Shown here: piece after piece, positions 1 through 9,797 of the stretch
Numbering within the stretch: position 1 is the first letter of the stretch
Layout of the letters: each line of letters opens with the position of its first letter
Assembly: GCA_947477885.1 (NCBI GenBank)
Contig: CANJUD010000004.1
Span: forward strand, 164,997 to 228,996
Length of the DNA: 64,000 nt
Reading direction: 5' to 3'
From: Bacteroidota bacterium
GTDB lineage: Bacteria > Bacteroidota > Bacteroidia > UKL13-3
Position numbers and translations under genes: made by a program
Notes under the pieces: generated by a model
Seen by the model: the letters and a program-made list of their open reading frames with translations, nothing else
Database searches by the model: none
What the model was told of the DNA's origin: nothing

Positions 1-1409
1 ACTGAACCATATCTGCGTAAATCTAAATACCACTCAAATGCATCCATTGGCAAGTCGTGTTCTTTTATTTTTTGAATGAGGGAATCTAAATCAGTTTCAC
101 GTTCGCCACCGCCTACTATTTCTCCGTAACCTTCGGGTGCTAATACATCTACGCCTCTAGCAAAACGATCATCTTCTGGATCACGTTTCAGATAAAAAGC
201 TTTAACAGCGTGTGGCCAGTTATATACCATAATGGGCACATCGAACAAACGTGTGATAACGGTTTCGTCGCTGCCGCCAAAGTCGTTGCCATATTCGAAG
301 TTCTTGGCACTGTGCAGCCATTGGGGAATGTTGCGGGCATCTTCTTCTAAGTCTTTTAATGTTTGTTTGAGTGTATCAACTTTGTTTTGATTGAAGTTGA
401 TTTCTCCTTTCTTCAAAGCACCACCTGCGATTTTTTCTTCACGTTCTTTTATTTCGTTTTGTATAATACCGATTTGTTCGTGGGTATATGCCAGGTCTTC
501 TTCTAAAGATTTGATTGCATTTTTTCCGTTAACATCTTGCTCGCCTTTGATGATGCGAACAGCCTCATCATACTTGAGACGCGGGAATGGTTTTATAATA
601 TTCTGCAATAAGGTTTTATCACGACCTATTACATCAAGTTCTTTATCACAATCACGCAGCACATCGGTAACAGTGCGTTTCAGCATGGCTTCAATCAAAT
701 CCATATTCATGAATATATCGTGGAATGCCATCTCGGGTTCTATCATCCAAAACTCGGCAAGGTGACGACGGGTTTTACTTTTCTCTGCTCTAAATGTAGG
801 ACCGAAAGTATATATTTTGTTCATGGCAAAAGCCATTGCCTCGCCGTACAATTGTCCGCTCTGGCTCAGGTAGGCAGTCTCGCCAAAGAAATCAGTTTCG
901 AATAAATTGCTCGTTCCTTCGCAAGCATTGCCGGTAAATATGGGAGCATCCATCTGCACAAAATCCTGCTCCTGAAAAAATTGATGTATGCTATAAATCA
1001 ATCGGTTTCTGATACGCATAATAGCCCACTGTCTTTGGCTACGCAACCATAGGTGACGTTGGTCCATCAAGAATTCTACACCATGTTCTTTTTTGGCAAT
1101 GGGATAATCAATAGAATATGATAATACTTCCAATGAAGTTACTTGAATCTCATAACCGCCCAGCTGCTTTTCGTCCTTTACCACAGTCCCATTTATCTTT
1201 ACAGAGCTCTCGAGACCTAGCTTGCCTGCACAATCAAATTCATCGGTGGTTACCTTATTGGCATCCACCACACACTGACACATTCCATAACCATCGCGAA
1301 GGTTGATAAACACCAATCCCTTACTATCGCGGCGGTTGGCCACCCAGCCCTCAAGTGTTACAATCTGGTTTTCGTGTTTCTGTAAATCTTTTATATAAAC
1401 GGTTTGCAT
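1..1409 (-). CDS. asnS: Asparagine--tRNA ligase (3' end runs off the window)
   Basis: Manual translation from ATG at 1409: MQTVYIKDLQKHENQIVTLEGWVANRRDSKGLVFINLRDG; motif 2 region GPTFRAEKSKTRRHLAEFWMIEPE; later YGEIVGGGERE. Not in the ORF track because it is open at the edge. Confidence 0.95.
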   Translation of the reverse strand, partial: MQTVYIKDLQKHENQIVTLEGWVANRRDSKGLVFINLRDGYGMCQCVVDANKVTTDEFDCAGKLGLESSVKINGTVVKDEKQLGGYEIQVTSLEVLSYSIDYPIAKKEHGVEFLMDQRHLWLRSQRQWAIMRIRNRLIYSIHQFFQEQDFVQMDAPIFTGNACEGTSNLFETDFFGETAYLSQSGQLYGEAMAFAMNKIYTFGPTFRAEKSKTRRHLAEFWMIEPEMAFHDIFMNMDLIEAMLKRTVTDVLRDCDKELDVIGRDKTLLQNIIKPFPRLKYDEAVRIIKGEQDVNGKNAIKSLEEDLAYTHEQIGIIQNEIKEREEKIAGGALKKGEINFNQNKVDTLKQTLKDLEEDARNIPQWLHSAKNFEYGNDFGGSDETVITRLFDVPIMVYNWPHAVKAFYLKRDPEDDRFARGVDVLAPEGYGEIVGGGERETDLDSLIQKIKEHDLPMDAFEWYLDLRRYGS

Positions 1410-1427
1410 GATTAAAAAATTGGGATG

Positions 1428-1435
1428 CAAAAATA
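1428..1435 (-). promoter_or_regulatory. Bacteroidota -7 promoter element (TATTTTTG) for asnS
   Basis: Matches TAnnTTTG, 18 nt before the ATG. Confidence 0.55.
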
Positions 1436-1463
1436 GAGAAAAAAAAAGGATTTGGGATTCTAG

Positions 1464-1482
1464 TCCCGAATCTTATTCGGGA
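1464..1482. repeat. REP-like palindrome, TCCCGA...TCGGGA family
   Basis: TCCCGAAT-ctt-ATTCGGGA; related copies at 7781, 9696, 32826. Confidence 0.7.
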
Positions 1483-1593
1483 GGGATTCCGGGAGATGAT
1501 GGTGGGTAATAGGTTATAGAAGTTTTGATTTATTGTTAATTTAAGAAGTACTTATTATCTTTGACAAGTTAAAGTACATATTAAAAATAAGCT

Positions 1594-1878
1594 TTACTTT
1601 AGTATAGTACCGTGAATAATTTTATGGACTACCATACTATTATTTTCTATTGCAAATGCAATAACCCATTTGTTGAAAATAATACAACTGTATTTTAACG
1701 ATGCTAAAATATGATGATGGCACAAAGCAAATTTCACTTTTGTAACAGCTGATTTCTCTATAAATTTAACAAACTTTACTATAAATCTTTTACCGCTACC
1801 TTCTGTATTTTCCGATTCAACAAAACTTGCTATAGCTGCCAATGCAATTTGGGGTTGCCGTTTTAAAACAACTTTCAT
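1594..1878 (-). CDS. Putative RelE/ParE-like toxin
   Basis: 94 aa; overlaps the upstream small gene by 4 nt; C-terminus KWVIAFAIENNSMVVHKIIHG resembles the ParE/RelE end. Confidence 0.55.
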   Translation of the reverse strand: MKVVLKRQPQIALAAIASFVESENTEGSGKRFIVKFVKFIEKSAVTKVKFALCHHHILASLKYSCIIFNKWVIAFAIENNSMVVHKIIHGTILK

Positions 1879-2132
1879 TTTTTCTTTTTATCAAGATAGG
1901 CAATCACCTCTTCACACACCTTGTTTAGTTCTTTCGTCTTTTCAGAATCTGAAGATGTTAGGTACTTTTTTAGTTGTGCATCTGTTGCAGGTTTGCCCAT
2001 TCCGAAGATAACATCTGCATCTGTGAGTGCTGCTTCCTTAGCCCTAGTATTGATTTTCACAAAATCAAGTTCCTTAAGAAAGGATATAAAACTCTTCGCT
2101 TTTTTGTCTTTGACGTTTAATTCGATAATCAT
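1875..2132 (-). CDS. Putative antitoxin
   Basis: 85 aa, MIIELNVKDKKAKSFISFLKELDFVKI; directly upstream of the toxin-like gene. Confidence 0.55.
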   Translation of the reverse strand: MIIELNVKDKKAKSFISFLKELDFVKINTRAKEAALTDADVIFGMGKPATDAQLKKYLTSSDSEKTKELNKVCEEVIAYLDKKKK

Positions 2133-2136
2133 TGTA

Positions 2137-2144
2137 CAAATATA
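2137..2144 (-). promoter_or_regulatory. -7 promoter element (TATATTTG) of the TA operon
   Basis: TAnnTTTG 4 nt upstream of the ATG. Confidence 0.55.
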
Positions 2145-2192
2145 TTAATATTTCATTAAATAATAAAAGTTATTTAGATTCAAACCGTAAAT

Positions 2193-2666
2193 TCAACTGA
2201 CCGTACTTATGATTCGTTTTACTTTTATCCATCTTCCCAATATTTTTCTATAATAATAATCTGCAGAAAAGCCGCCCCATTCACTTTGGTGTGTGTATAT
2301 ACTAATCCTGCATCTAGTTTTCTTTCTATTGAATACTGGCATATCTATAGAACAATAATATGACATAAATTTAAGGCTGTCCATCATAACTACCGATGCC
2401 TTTTTTGAATGTATTTCCGTTTTGTCCCAATTCACAATGCTATTGCAAATACTTGAAATTGTATCATCTGTTTGCATATAATGAAAACCAGTCCTTTCAT
2501 CAATGAAATATTTGTTAATAAATATTCTATTTATTATTTTAACTTGACAATTGACCAATCTATATATTAATTCTTTGTCGCAATTATTTGTAGAACCATT
2601 AGATTGACCATTACAAATATTTGAAACAATTATTAATATTGATAAAAAGAACAATTTAGTATTCAT
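2193..2666 (-). CDS. Hypothetical exported protein
   Basis: 157 aa with N-terminal signal peptide; TACCTTTG upstream. Confidence 0.6.
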   Translation of the reverse strand: MNTKLFFLSILIIVSNICNGQSNGSTNNCDKELIYRLVNCQVKIINRIFINKYFIDERTGFHYMQTDDTISSICNSIVNWDKTEIHSKKASVVMMDSLKFMSYYCSIDMPVFNRKKTRCRISIYTHQSEWGGFSADYYYRKILGRWIKVKRIISTVS

Positions 2667-2728
2667 ATGTCTTCAGGATTATAAAACAAAGGTACATGAA
2701 ATTTATACGATTCTTAAATCATATGCAT

Positions 2729-2813
2729 ACAGGCTGTGGCTGGTTATGGTTCAACTTCGCTCACCACAACCACAGGCAGTGTGTAAATTAGCGTCAGCAC
2801 ATTCATCATTAAT
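2729..2813. repeat. Palindromic element + GCGTCAGC cap + two heptamers (CATTCAT CATTAAT)
   Basis: TGTGGCTG...CAACCACA hairpin; cap at 2791-2798; heptamers end at the stop codon at 2814. Confidence 0.6.
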
Positions 2814-5800
2814 TTAAAATATATACCTCGCCTCTACCCTAGCGATATGCACAGCCTTGCTTTGCTCGCTTTTGCGGCCATCATATACAATACTTAATTG
2901 GGTGTTTTTAGCAAGGCGGTGTTCCCAGGCTAGTCCCCAGATGATATTGTTGCCATTGAGCAATCCATTGAGCATTTCGAAACCGATGGGGGAATTTGCA
3001 TCTCCGTTGAATTTGATATGGTTGTAGCTGAACTTTACTTGCAAGCTGCCGTTGTTTTTATATAAGTATTTAAACTCTGTAGTAATTTCGTTTGTTAGCG
3101 TTTTAGTGGTATCACTATTATACTTATTCTTGGCATTGAAGTTATGATAATACATCTTTAAACGCATATCCTGCGAGGGTTGCCATTGCAGTGTGGGTTG
3201 CAAATCGGTATAATAGAAATGGTAGTTACGGCCTTCAAACAATTCGGTATTGAGTGCTTTATCGCCCAATAATATATTGATATTTGTTTGCCAATTTTTG
3301 CCGATACTTTTACGCAGGTTTATATATTGTTCTTTTTTCTGTTTGGCTTCAACTCCTGTGGTGAGTAATTGTTTTTGTCCGTTTTTTATATAACCAAACT
3401 CAGCTCCCCAATCATTATTATACTTATTGATAAACCATACGTGACGCAGGATTCCGCTGAGGGTGATTAAACCAGTATCGGATAAAATACTGTTGAATGG
3501 ATTCTTTAATGCAAACTGACTCGATTGATTTTTTTGCTCTACACGCACATTGGTGGTATTGCTAAAGTATGATAGAAATTTGAGGATGCCCTTCTTCTTT
3601 TCCCAAAGTTTATAGGGCTCCCAAGTAATAGTTTGATTGATGCGGGTGATATTGGTTTTTACATAATCATTGGTTGGCAAAAATATTTTAATGAATCGTG
3701 CCTTGTCTTTATATACTGCTACTTCAAATTCGTTGAGCTGCTGTATGCTGTCGCCATTGTAGTCGTTCCATTGGTATATACCATTTCCAGGTTGTACTTC
3801 TTGGTAGGTGAATTGTTTCTTCAACTCACGCCCATTACCCGTTTGAAAAAATGAGTTTATATATAAAGTGCGTTTAAATAATGCAACTTGATATTCACCA
3901 CGAAACAAGGTATTGTCTTCTACTTTATTGCTTGCCGCTGTATCATTTATAAATCGACGGTAGTTTAAACTTAGGTCTAATCTTCCTGCTTTGCCATTGG
4001 CTTTAAAGGTTCCATCAATATTGTGCGAGGCATTGAGGTCAATGAATTTGCCCCCGGATGGGGTTTTATCTTTACGCAAAAAGTAGTTTAATCCGAACTG
4101 AGATTTAAGTGTGTCATTGGTGTTTAAACCAGCTCCATATTGATCGTAATTAAAAGAGTTATACAATAAAGAATCGGGAGCTGTATTATATTTAAATGTG
4201 CTGCGTTCGCTATTGGTATATACTTTATATTTTATATAATTTCCCGAACGAGAAAGCTCTGCACGATAGGTTTTATAGTTGTTTGCAGCAATATCATTTT
4301 GCGTAACCAAACTTCCAGTAGTATTATAATTGCCTGATGCTGTCCACCTTTTTATATTAATATCTGTTGAGATTGCATGGGCCATTCCTTTCAAAAAATT
4401 ATCTTTTTGATATGATGAAAACTGATACGATGTTCTCAGATATTCTTTAAAAAACATATTAAACTTCGACATCACAATATGCTCTCTAAACCCAGTGTCT
4501 GCAAATATTTTATTGCTTAAAGTACGTTCCCAACTTCTATCAAATTCTACATTACGATAACGTTCTATATAACGAAAATTCTTGTTCACAAATTCCCATG
4601 AAGTGGTATTATCAAATTTTAAATTCTTACTTATTTGCAAATTTTTATATAGTTTTAGTCTATAACCTAAACCTTTGTTATTTTGATCATCTTTGCGTGA
4701 AAAAGTATTTCTATCTTTATTACTAATTGCTATTTCCTGTTCTATTTTAGTTTTCGCATTGAGATTATATATATGTGTGAGTGTAGTCATCTGCATCTGT
4801 TTAGGTGTGATAAGTGTTTGAATAGGTTCGTAACTTCCTTGCAATTGCCCCACCCACTTAAACACACGACCATTTGCACCGCTGCTTGCTATATTATAAC
4901 TGCCCCTGCCCTGCCCCATATAGCTAAAAGCCAATTGATAGAAAGGTGTATCATTCCCTCCTGATGAAGCATATCTATAATACTTTATTGTATCTCCATT
5001 TATTACGGTATCATATTTATTATATAATAGTTTTGTTTTATCATAATAGTCGTTTGCGATGGCATTTTCAAATTTGGTTTGCGTTGGATCATTGCCAGCA
5101 TTTGCAAGTGCAAGTATTTGTGCATCAGTTAAGGTTTGCTGGTATGGTTGATTTTTTAAATCTTTCTCCGTATAATGATTGAATACAAATTCATGTTTTT
5201 TAATTTGAACAGTGGCTCTTGCAGTATATACTACACGTCCGTAATTTCTATCACTATATTGAAACTCCACCACTATCCTACTATAGCTATTGATAAGCCT
5301 TCGCGGCATAAAGGTCACTTCACCTGTATTATAATCAATGATATAATCATCTTGTTCACCACGGGTCATAGGCAGTCCGTCCAGGTAAACTTTTTCGGTA
5401 CCCGAAAGTATAATAATATATAATTCTCCATTTGCCCCCGATAATCTATATGGACCTTGATTTCCTTCTTGTCCATTAAATGTATTCCTACTGAAACGCC
5501 CGCGACTTATGGCACCTTCGCCACCAATTGTATATTTTATTCCTAGTTTCTTATCTTCCCATCCATGGTCGAATTGCACGCCACGAGATTTTTTATCATA
5601 CGCAGTAAAATACGATTTAGCCGGTCGTTTCATTTGAAAATCGCCGAGTACTACACGTGTCTTATTTTTAAAAAGTTCTATATATACTTTGTCGAAGTCT
5701 TGCACCTGTCGGCTGCTTCCATCAGCTTGTATGGGATTATTATCATCACTAATTGCAGCTTTTACTTCTACATCATTATTTATTTTGCCACTGATTTGCA

Positions 5801-6275
5801 AATTCAAATTTGAGTTCACTACCAAACTTTGTGTATTACCCACTCCTATTCCGCGACTTAATAATCCACGCATTTCTAGGCCCGATGCATCAATATTGTA
5901 TGGGTCGTCAGTGCTGGGAGTGTAGGTGAAAGGATTGATTAGCGGTTGAAAATCTTTATATATCAACTTAGGGTCTTTTCTGCGAATTGTATAATCAAGT
6001 TTTCTTGAAAAAGTGCGATAAGTAATTCTCAAATTTATAATTGGAGATTTGAAGATAATAGTAGAATTTATATAATCAATACCATATAATGTTTCTGCTA
6101 CTAATATATTATTTTGAAGTACTATTATACTTCCAGGGATAATGGTAAGTGTATCTAGTTTGACTGTATCAGTGATTTGTGCGAACTCTTTTGAGCGTTC
6201 GCTAACGGCTATTTGGCCCAAAGCAATATCAGCTATGAGTAGAAAAAAAGTTATATATATAATTCTACTTAACAA
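2814..6275 (-). CDS. Large outer-membrane beta-barrel-like protein
   Basis: 1153 aa; signal peptide; alternating beta-strand pattern; terminal ...EARYIF. Confidence 0.75.
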   Translation of the reverse strand: MLSRIIYITFFLLIADIALGQIAVSERSKEFAQITDTVKLDTLTIIPGSIIVLQNNILVAETLYGIDYINSTIIFKSPIINLRITYRTFSRKLDYTIRRKDPKLIYKDFQPLINPFTYTPSTDDPYNIDASGLEMRGLLSRGIGVGNTQSLVVNSNLNLQISGKINNDVEVKAAISDDNNPIQADGSSRQVQDFDKVYIELFKNKTRVVLGDFQMKRPAKSYFTAYDKKSRGVQFDHGWEDKKLGIKYTIGGEGAISRGRFSRNTFNGQEGNQGPYRLSGANGELYIIILSGTEKVYLDGLPMTRGEQDDYIIDYNTGEVTFMPRRLINSYSRIVVEFQYSDRNYGRVVYTARATVQIKKHEFVFNHYTEKDLKNQPYQQTLTDAQILALANAGNDPTQTKFENAIANDYYDKTKLLYNKYDTVINGDTIKYYRYASSGGNDTPFYQLAFSYMGQGRGSYNIASSGANGRVFKWVGQLQGSYEPIQTLITPKQMQMTTLTHIYNLNAKTKIEQEIAISNKDRNTFSRKDDQNNKGLGYRLKLYKNLQISKNLKFDNTTSWEFVNKNFRYIERYRNVEFDRSWERTLSNKIFADTGFREHIVMSKFNMFFKEYLRTSYQFSSYQKDNFLKGMAHAISTDINIKRWTASGNYNTTGSLVTQNDIAANNYKTYRAELSRSGNYIKYKVYTNSERSTFKYNTAPDSLLYNSFNYDQYGAGLNTNDTLKSQFGLNYFLRKDKTPSGGKFIDLNASHNIDGTFKANGKAGRLDLSLNYRRFINDTAASNKVEDNTLFRGEYQVALFKRTLYINSFFQTGNGRELKKQFTYQEVQPGNGIYQWNDYNGDSIQQLNEFEVAVYKDKARFIKIFLPTNDYVKTNITRINQTITWEPYKLWEKKKGILKFLSYFSNTTNVRVEQKNQSSQFALKNPFNSILSDTGLITLSGILRHVWFINKYNNDWGAEFGYIKNGQKQLLTTGVEAKQKKEQYINLRKSIGKNWQTNINILLGDKALNTELFEGRNYHFYYTDLQPTLQWQPSQDMRLKMYYHNFNAKNKYNSDTTKTLTNEITTEFKYLYKNNGSLQVKFSYNHIKFNGDANSPIGFEMLNGLLNGNNIIWGLAWEHRLAKNTQLSIVYDGRKSEQSKAVHIARVEARYIF

Positions 6276-7013
6276 CTATGCTTCCTTCAACTTTATTCTC
6301 CATTGTTTGTTAAAGTAAGTTATAGTTAAAACACCTACCACTGTGGGGCTCAAACACAAAACCCAAGGCGGATCGAATTTAACTACATTCACCAAGAAAG
6401 CTGTGGTAGCAGCTATGTAAGTGCCTAGCATCATAACAATATGTTTAAAAATCCATTTTTTGTGATAGGGAAGAAATACCGAATTTTTATATAATATTTT
6501 CAAATCACTATATACCATCATCGATAAAATAGAACCGAAAATTATCAATATAAATATGCCTTCTGAATGATAAAACACTATCATATAACCGGGATATACA
6601 ATCATAAATATTGCTGTGAGTAATCCTAGATAAACTGGTAGTTTGTCGATCATAGTTGAATTATAGCTTTCTATCAATCTATAATAAAACAATGCCCTAC
6701 GTCCTCTGATTACCATATATAATGAGAAAATTCCAATAGAAAGTAAGAAGGGGTTAAATTTGATCGAAGCCAAAATAAATGACAATATACCTACAGCAAA
6801 CATGGCCAAATAAAAACCTTTTCCTGAAGTTATGTGAAGCCGACTCCCTTTCATTGCAATAATTGCTATAAGCCCCGTTAACAGTGCAATGACTCCACAA
6901 AACACATGAAATATCAGGATAATCTTGTGGGTATCGTAATGATTTGTTTGTACTAAATCCATCTGATCTAATTGCTTTAAAATACTTTTTAACAACGGAA
7001 ACGCATTATGCAA
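6276..7013 (-). CDS. Integral membrane protein (DUF2306-like); true start may be the ATG at ~6962
   Basis: Several TM helices with H...G, KGSRLH and HIVMMLGTYIAATTAF motifs. Confidence 0.7.
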   Translation of the reverse strand: MHNAFPLLKSILKQLDQMDLVQTNHYDTHKIILIFHVFCGVIALLTGLIAIIAMKGSRLHITSGKGFYLAMFAVGILSFILASIKFNPFLLSIGIFSLYMVIRGRRALFYYRLIESYNSTMIDKLPVYLGLLTAIFMIVYPGYMIVFYHSEGIFILIIFGSILSMMVYSDLKILYKNSVFLPYHKKWIFKHIVMMLGTYIAATTAFLVNVVKFDPPWVLCLSPTVVGVLTITYFNKQWRIKLKEA

Positions 7014-7069
7014 AGTTATGGGAATGGATTAATATTGTAAAGTTTTTCCCTCCACAAAAGTAAACAACT

Positions 7070-7756
7070 ATGCACCATCGTATTGCTTTCCCATTATTGT
7101 TTCAGATTGCATTTAACTTAATGCCTGTCTATGGCGTGATGATGAATGAATGGACGATATTTTCAGTAATTTACCTGTATTGGTTGGAAACACTGATTCT
7201 ATCAGCTTTCTCTTTTATTAAAATAGTTAGTTCGAAAGGCAGCACACCCAATGAAAAACTGAAAATGAAATTCCCTGCTAAAGACGAATCGAAATGGAAA
7301 ACAGGTATTCGGTTTTTGATTATACGCATAGGCTTGCTGTTATTTTATCTTTTGTTTATATTCCTATTTGTAGGCTTACTGATATCTGACAAAGCCGATA
7401 TGAGAACCAATATAGAAATGGCATTTTTTATGAATCCAATATTCAATTTAACCCTGATGCTTTATACCTTAAGTGTGGGTATGGACCTCATGTGGCATTT
7501 CTACGGAAATGGAGAGTATCTTCGTGTTCATCCATCAGACAATGCTTCGTTATTCGATGGTCGTACTATTGTGATACATGTGGCAATGGTACTTGGGGTA
7601 CTGGGTTTCATGTATGTGAAAGAACACTTCCCAAACCATCAACATTTGGCCAAATTGTATTTTATTAGCATATTTGTTTTGATCAAGACAATTACTGATG
7701 TTGTTGTGTATTATGTGGGGCGGAAGCCAACCGTGGTACCAAGTACAAATTCTTGA
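7070..7756 (+). CDS. Membrane protein (DUF6498-like)
   Basis: NLMPVYGV..W...IYLYWLET and RTIVIHVAMVLG motifs. Confidence 0.7.
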   Translation: MHHRIAFPLLFQIAFNLMPVYGVMMNEWTIFSVIYLYWLETLILSAFSFIKIVSSKGSTPNEKLKMKFPAKDESKWKTGIRFLIIRIGLLLFYLLFIFLFVGLLISDKADMRTNIEMAFFMNPIFNLTLMLYTLSVGMDLMWHFYGNGEYLRVHPSDNASLFDGRTIVIHVAMVLGVLGFMYVKEHFPNHQHLAKLYFISIFVLIKTITDVVVYYVGRKPTVVPSTNS

Positions 7757-7819
7757 GTTTGTCGCCCTCTGACGATCCCGTCCCGAATTAGTCGGGATAG
7801 TCGGGACAGCGTGACAAAC
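7757..7819. repeat. Nested REP-like palindromes
   Basis: Outer GTTTGTC...GACAAAC stem encloses TCCCG[TCCCGAATTAGTCGGGA]TAGTCGGGA. Confidence 0.7.
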
Positions 7820-7881
7820 ATAATATATTTTGTCTTCAAAATTAAATCACATAAATTCGCCTTGTTTTTCTAATAAATCCT

Positions 7882-9216
7882 ATGCACAAAATATTCCTGA
7901 TTATTAGACGTGAGTACCTTACCAGGGTAAAAAAACGTTCGTTCATTATTATGACCATTTTAGGCCCTGTGCTTATTGGAGCTTTATATGGCGTGATGAT
8001 TTATTTGGCGGTAAACTCAGGCATTGGCGAGAAAAGTAAAGTAATTGCCGTGCATGATGAGCAAGGTTTTTTTAAAGACAAACTGCTGAACGACGACAAA
8101 ATTTTTTTTGTATTTACCAATGAAAATATTGATACGTTAAAAAGCCAAGTATTATATAAAAAATACGATGCACTTATCATCATACCAAAAACAGATTCTA
8201 TTACTTATATAAAAGATATTGACTTTGTAGCCGAGCAACAACCTGGTGTTGCTATAATAAACAAGCTGGAGGAAAAATTCGAGGAAATCATCACCAATAT
8301 TAAGATGAAGAATATGAACCTCACACAAGCACAGATTAAGGCAACCCGCACCAGCATTGCTGTGTACCCAAAATTGGTGAGCGAAAAAGGAACCGAAGAT
8401 GCAAGTACTGGAAGTTCGTTTATCGGGGCCATGGTGCTCACTTATATTATATTCTTGTTCATTATGCTTTATGGTATACAAGTGATGCGTGGTGTGATTG
8501 AAGAAAAGACAAACCGCATTGTAGAGATTGTAATAAGCAGTGTAAAACCTTTCCAATTAATGATGGGGAAAATTATCGGTATTGCTTGTGTGGCCCTTAC
8601 CCAGTTTGCCATTTGGATTATATTGACTATAACTGTTACCGGTGTAATGAAAAGCTATCTTACGAGTAATGTAGATATGGACCAAGTAGAACAGGTGATA
8701 AAAAAGAATTCTCATATACCTGCTGACGACTATGAAAAAGCAGAACAAATGCAAAGCTTTATGAAATTTGAGAAAGCACTTAATACACTAAACTTTCCGT
8801 TGATATTATTCTGTTTTGTATTTTACTTTATTACCGGCTATTTATTATATGCTTCATTATATGCCGCCATCGGCTCAGCCGTCGATTCGGAAACCGATAC
8901 CCAGCAATTTATGCTGCCGGTTAACCTACCGCTAATCTTCTCCTTCTTCATCGCCTTTAGCACGGTAATGAACGACCCCAATGGCGATATGGCTTTTTGG
9001 GCATCTATGATACCATTCTCCTCTCCTATTGTAATGATGGCCCGTGTATCGTTTATGCAATCCTTCAACTGGGAGATCGCATTGAGCATGGGTATTATGC
9101 TTGTTTCATTTATATGTATTGTATGGTTTGCTGCCCGAATATACAGAGTTGGAATTTTGATGTATGGTAAAAAACCTACGTTTAGAGAATTGGGCAAATG
9201 GGTTTTTTATAGGTAG
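7882..9216 (+). CDS. ABC-2 type transporter permease (NatB-like)
   Basis: REYLTRVKK N-terminus; VIEEKTNRIVEIVISSVKPFQLMMGKIIG signature. Confidence 0.9.
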   Translation: MHKIFLIIRREYLTRVKKRSFIIMTILGPVLIGALYGVMIYLAVNSGIGEKSKVIAVHDEQGFFKDKLLNDDKIFFVFTNENIDTLKSQVLYKKYDALIIIPKTDSITYIKDIDFVAEQQPGVAIINKLEEKFEEIITNIKMKNMNLTQAQIKATRTSIAVYPKLVSEKGTEDASTGSSFIGAMVLTYIIFLFIMLYGIQVMRGVIEEKTNRIVEIVISSVKPFQLMMGKIIGIACVALTQFAIWIILTITVTGVMKSYLTSNVDMDQVEQVIKKNSHIPADDYEKAEQMQSFMKFEKALNTLNFPLILFCFVFYFITGYLLYASLYAAIGSAVDSETDTQQFMLPVNLPLIFSFFIAFSTVMNDPNGDMAFWASMIPFSSPIVMMARVSFMQSFNWEIALSMGIMLVSFICIVWFAARIYRVGILMYGKKPTFRELGKWVFYR

Positions 9217-9348
9217 CAGTATATATACAATCTGTCTTTTTGACCAAAGATGATTGGAATCATAATTTTATCATAAATTCTGCAATTACCTTTGTACCAT
9301 TATAAAAAAGTTGAAACCATTTATTCCCATTTTCCTAGCATTAACAAA

Positions 9349-9633
9349 ATGACATTAAAGTATTATATCATTATAATGCTATGGTAATTGCTCAAGTGTG
9401 ATATCGCATGGGGGCAATGTGATAAAACCTGCCATTCAGCTGTGAATCCTAAAGGAAAGCTAAATCTAGAAGCGGCAAATACTTATACTTCTTTACATAA
9501 ATCTGGTTCGGGATATATAGATACTTTGAATGCCACAAATAGTATTATATATATTCAAATGACTTCTGCGTCGCAGCCAATGCCACCATGTGGTCAGTTA
9601 GATATTTGTAAAAAAGATTTGATTTTAAATTGA
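9349..9633 (+). pseudogene. Degraded secreted-protein gene fragment
   Basis: ATG at 9349 reads MTLKYYIIIMLW*LLKCDIAWGQC..., with an in-frame TAA at 9385-9387 inside a signal-peptide-like stretch. Confidence 0.4.
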
Positions 9634-9695
9634 ATTAAACAGGGAGCAAAGAATAATTAAACCTCTTTCATAATCCTTTAAATCATTCAATCATA

Positions 9696-9713
9696 TCCCG
9701 ATAGCTATCGGGA
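9696..9713. repeat. Perfect 18-bp palindrome TCCCGATAGCTATCGGGA (REP-like)
   Basis: Self reverse-complement. Confidence 0.8.
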
Positions 9714-9729
9714 CAACAAATCAATATAT

Positions 9730-9765
9730 AAAAAAAGCCTGATGTCATTACAACACCAGGCTTTT
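9730..9765 (-). terminator. Intrinsic terminator, probably bidirectional
   Basis: AAAAGCCTG...CAGGCTTTT hairpin with A/T tails downstream of 9798..10625. Confidence 0.7.
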
Positions 9766-9797
9766 ATATATAAAATCCTGCTTTAGGTTCTAATTTT

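Noticed and set aside
391..1306. Plus-strand ORFs in the track, and similar short ORFs overlapping long genes throughout
   Set aside because: Antisense or alternate-frame shadows of asnS and other well-supported genes.
1448..2813. TA pair plus orphan gene as one heptamer-bounded islet
   Set aside because: The left tract (GGATTTGGGATTC) is too short and does not match the right arm; suggestive only.
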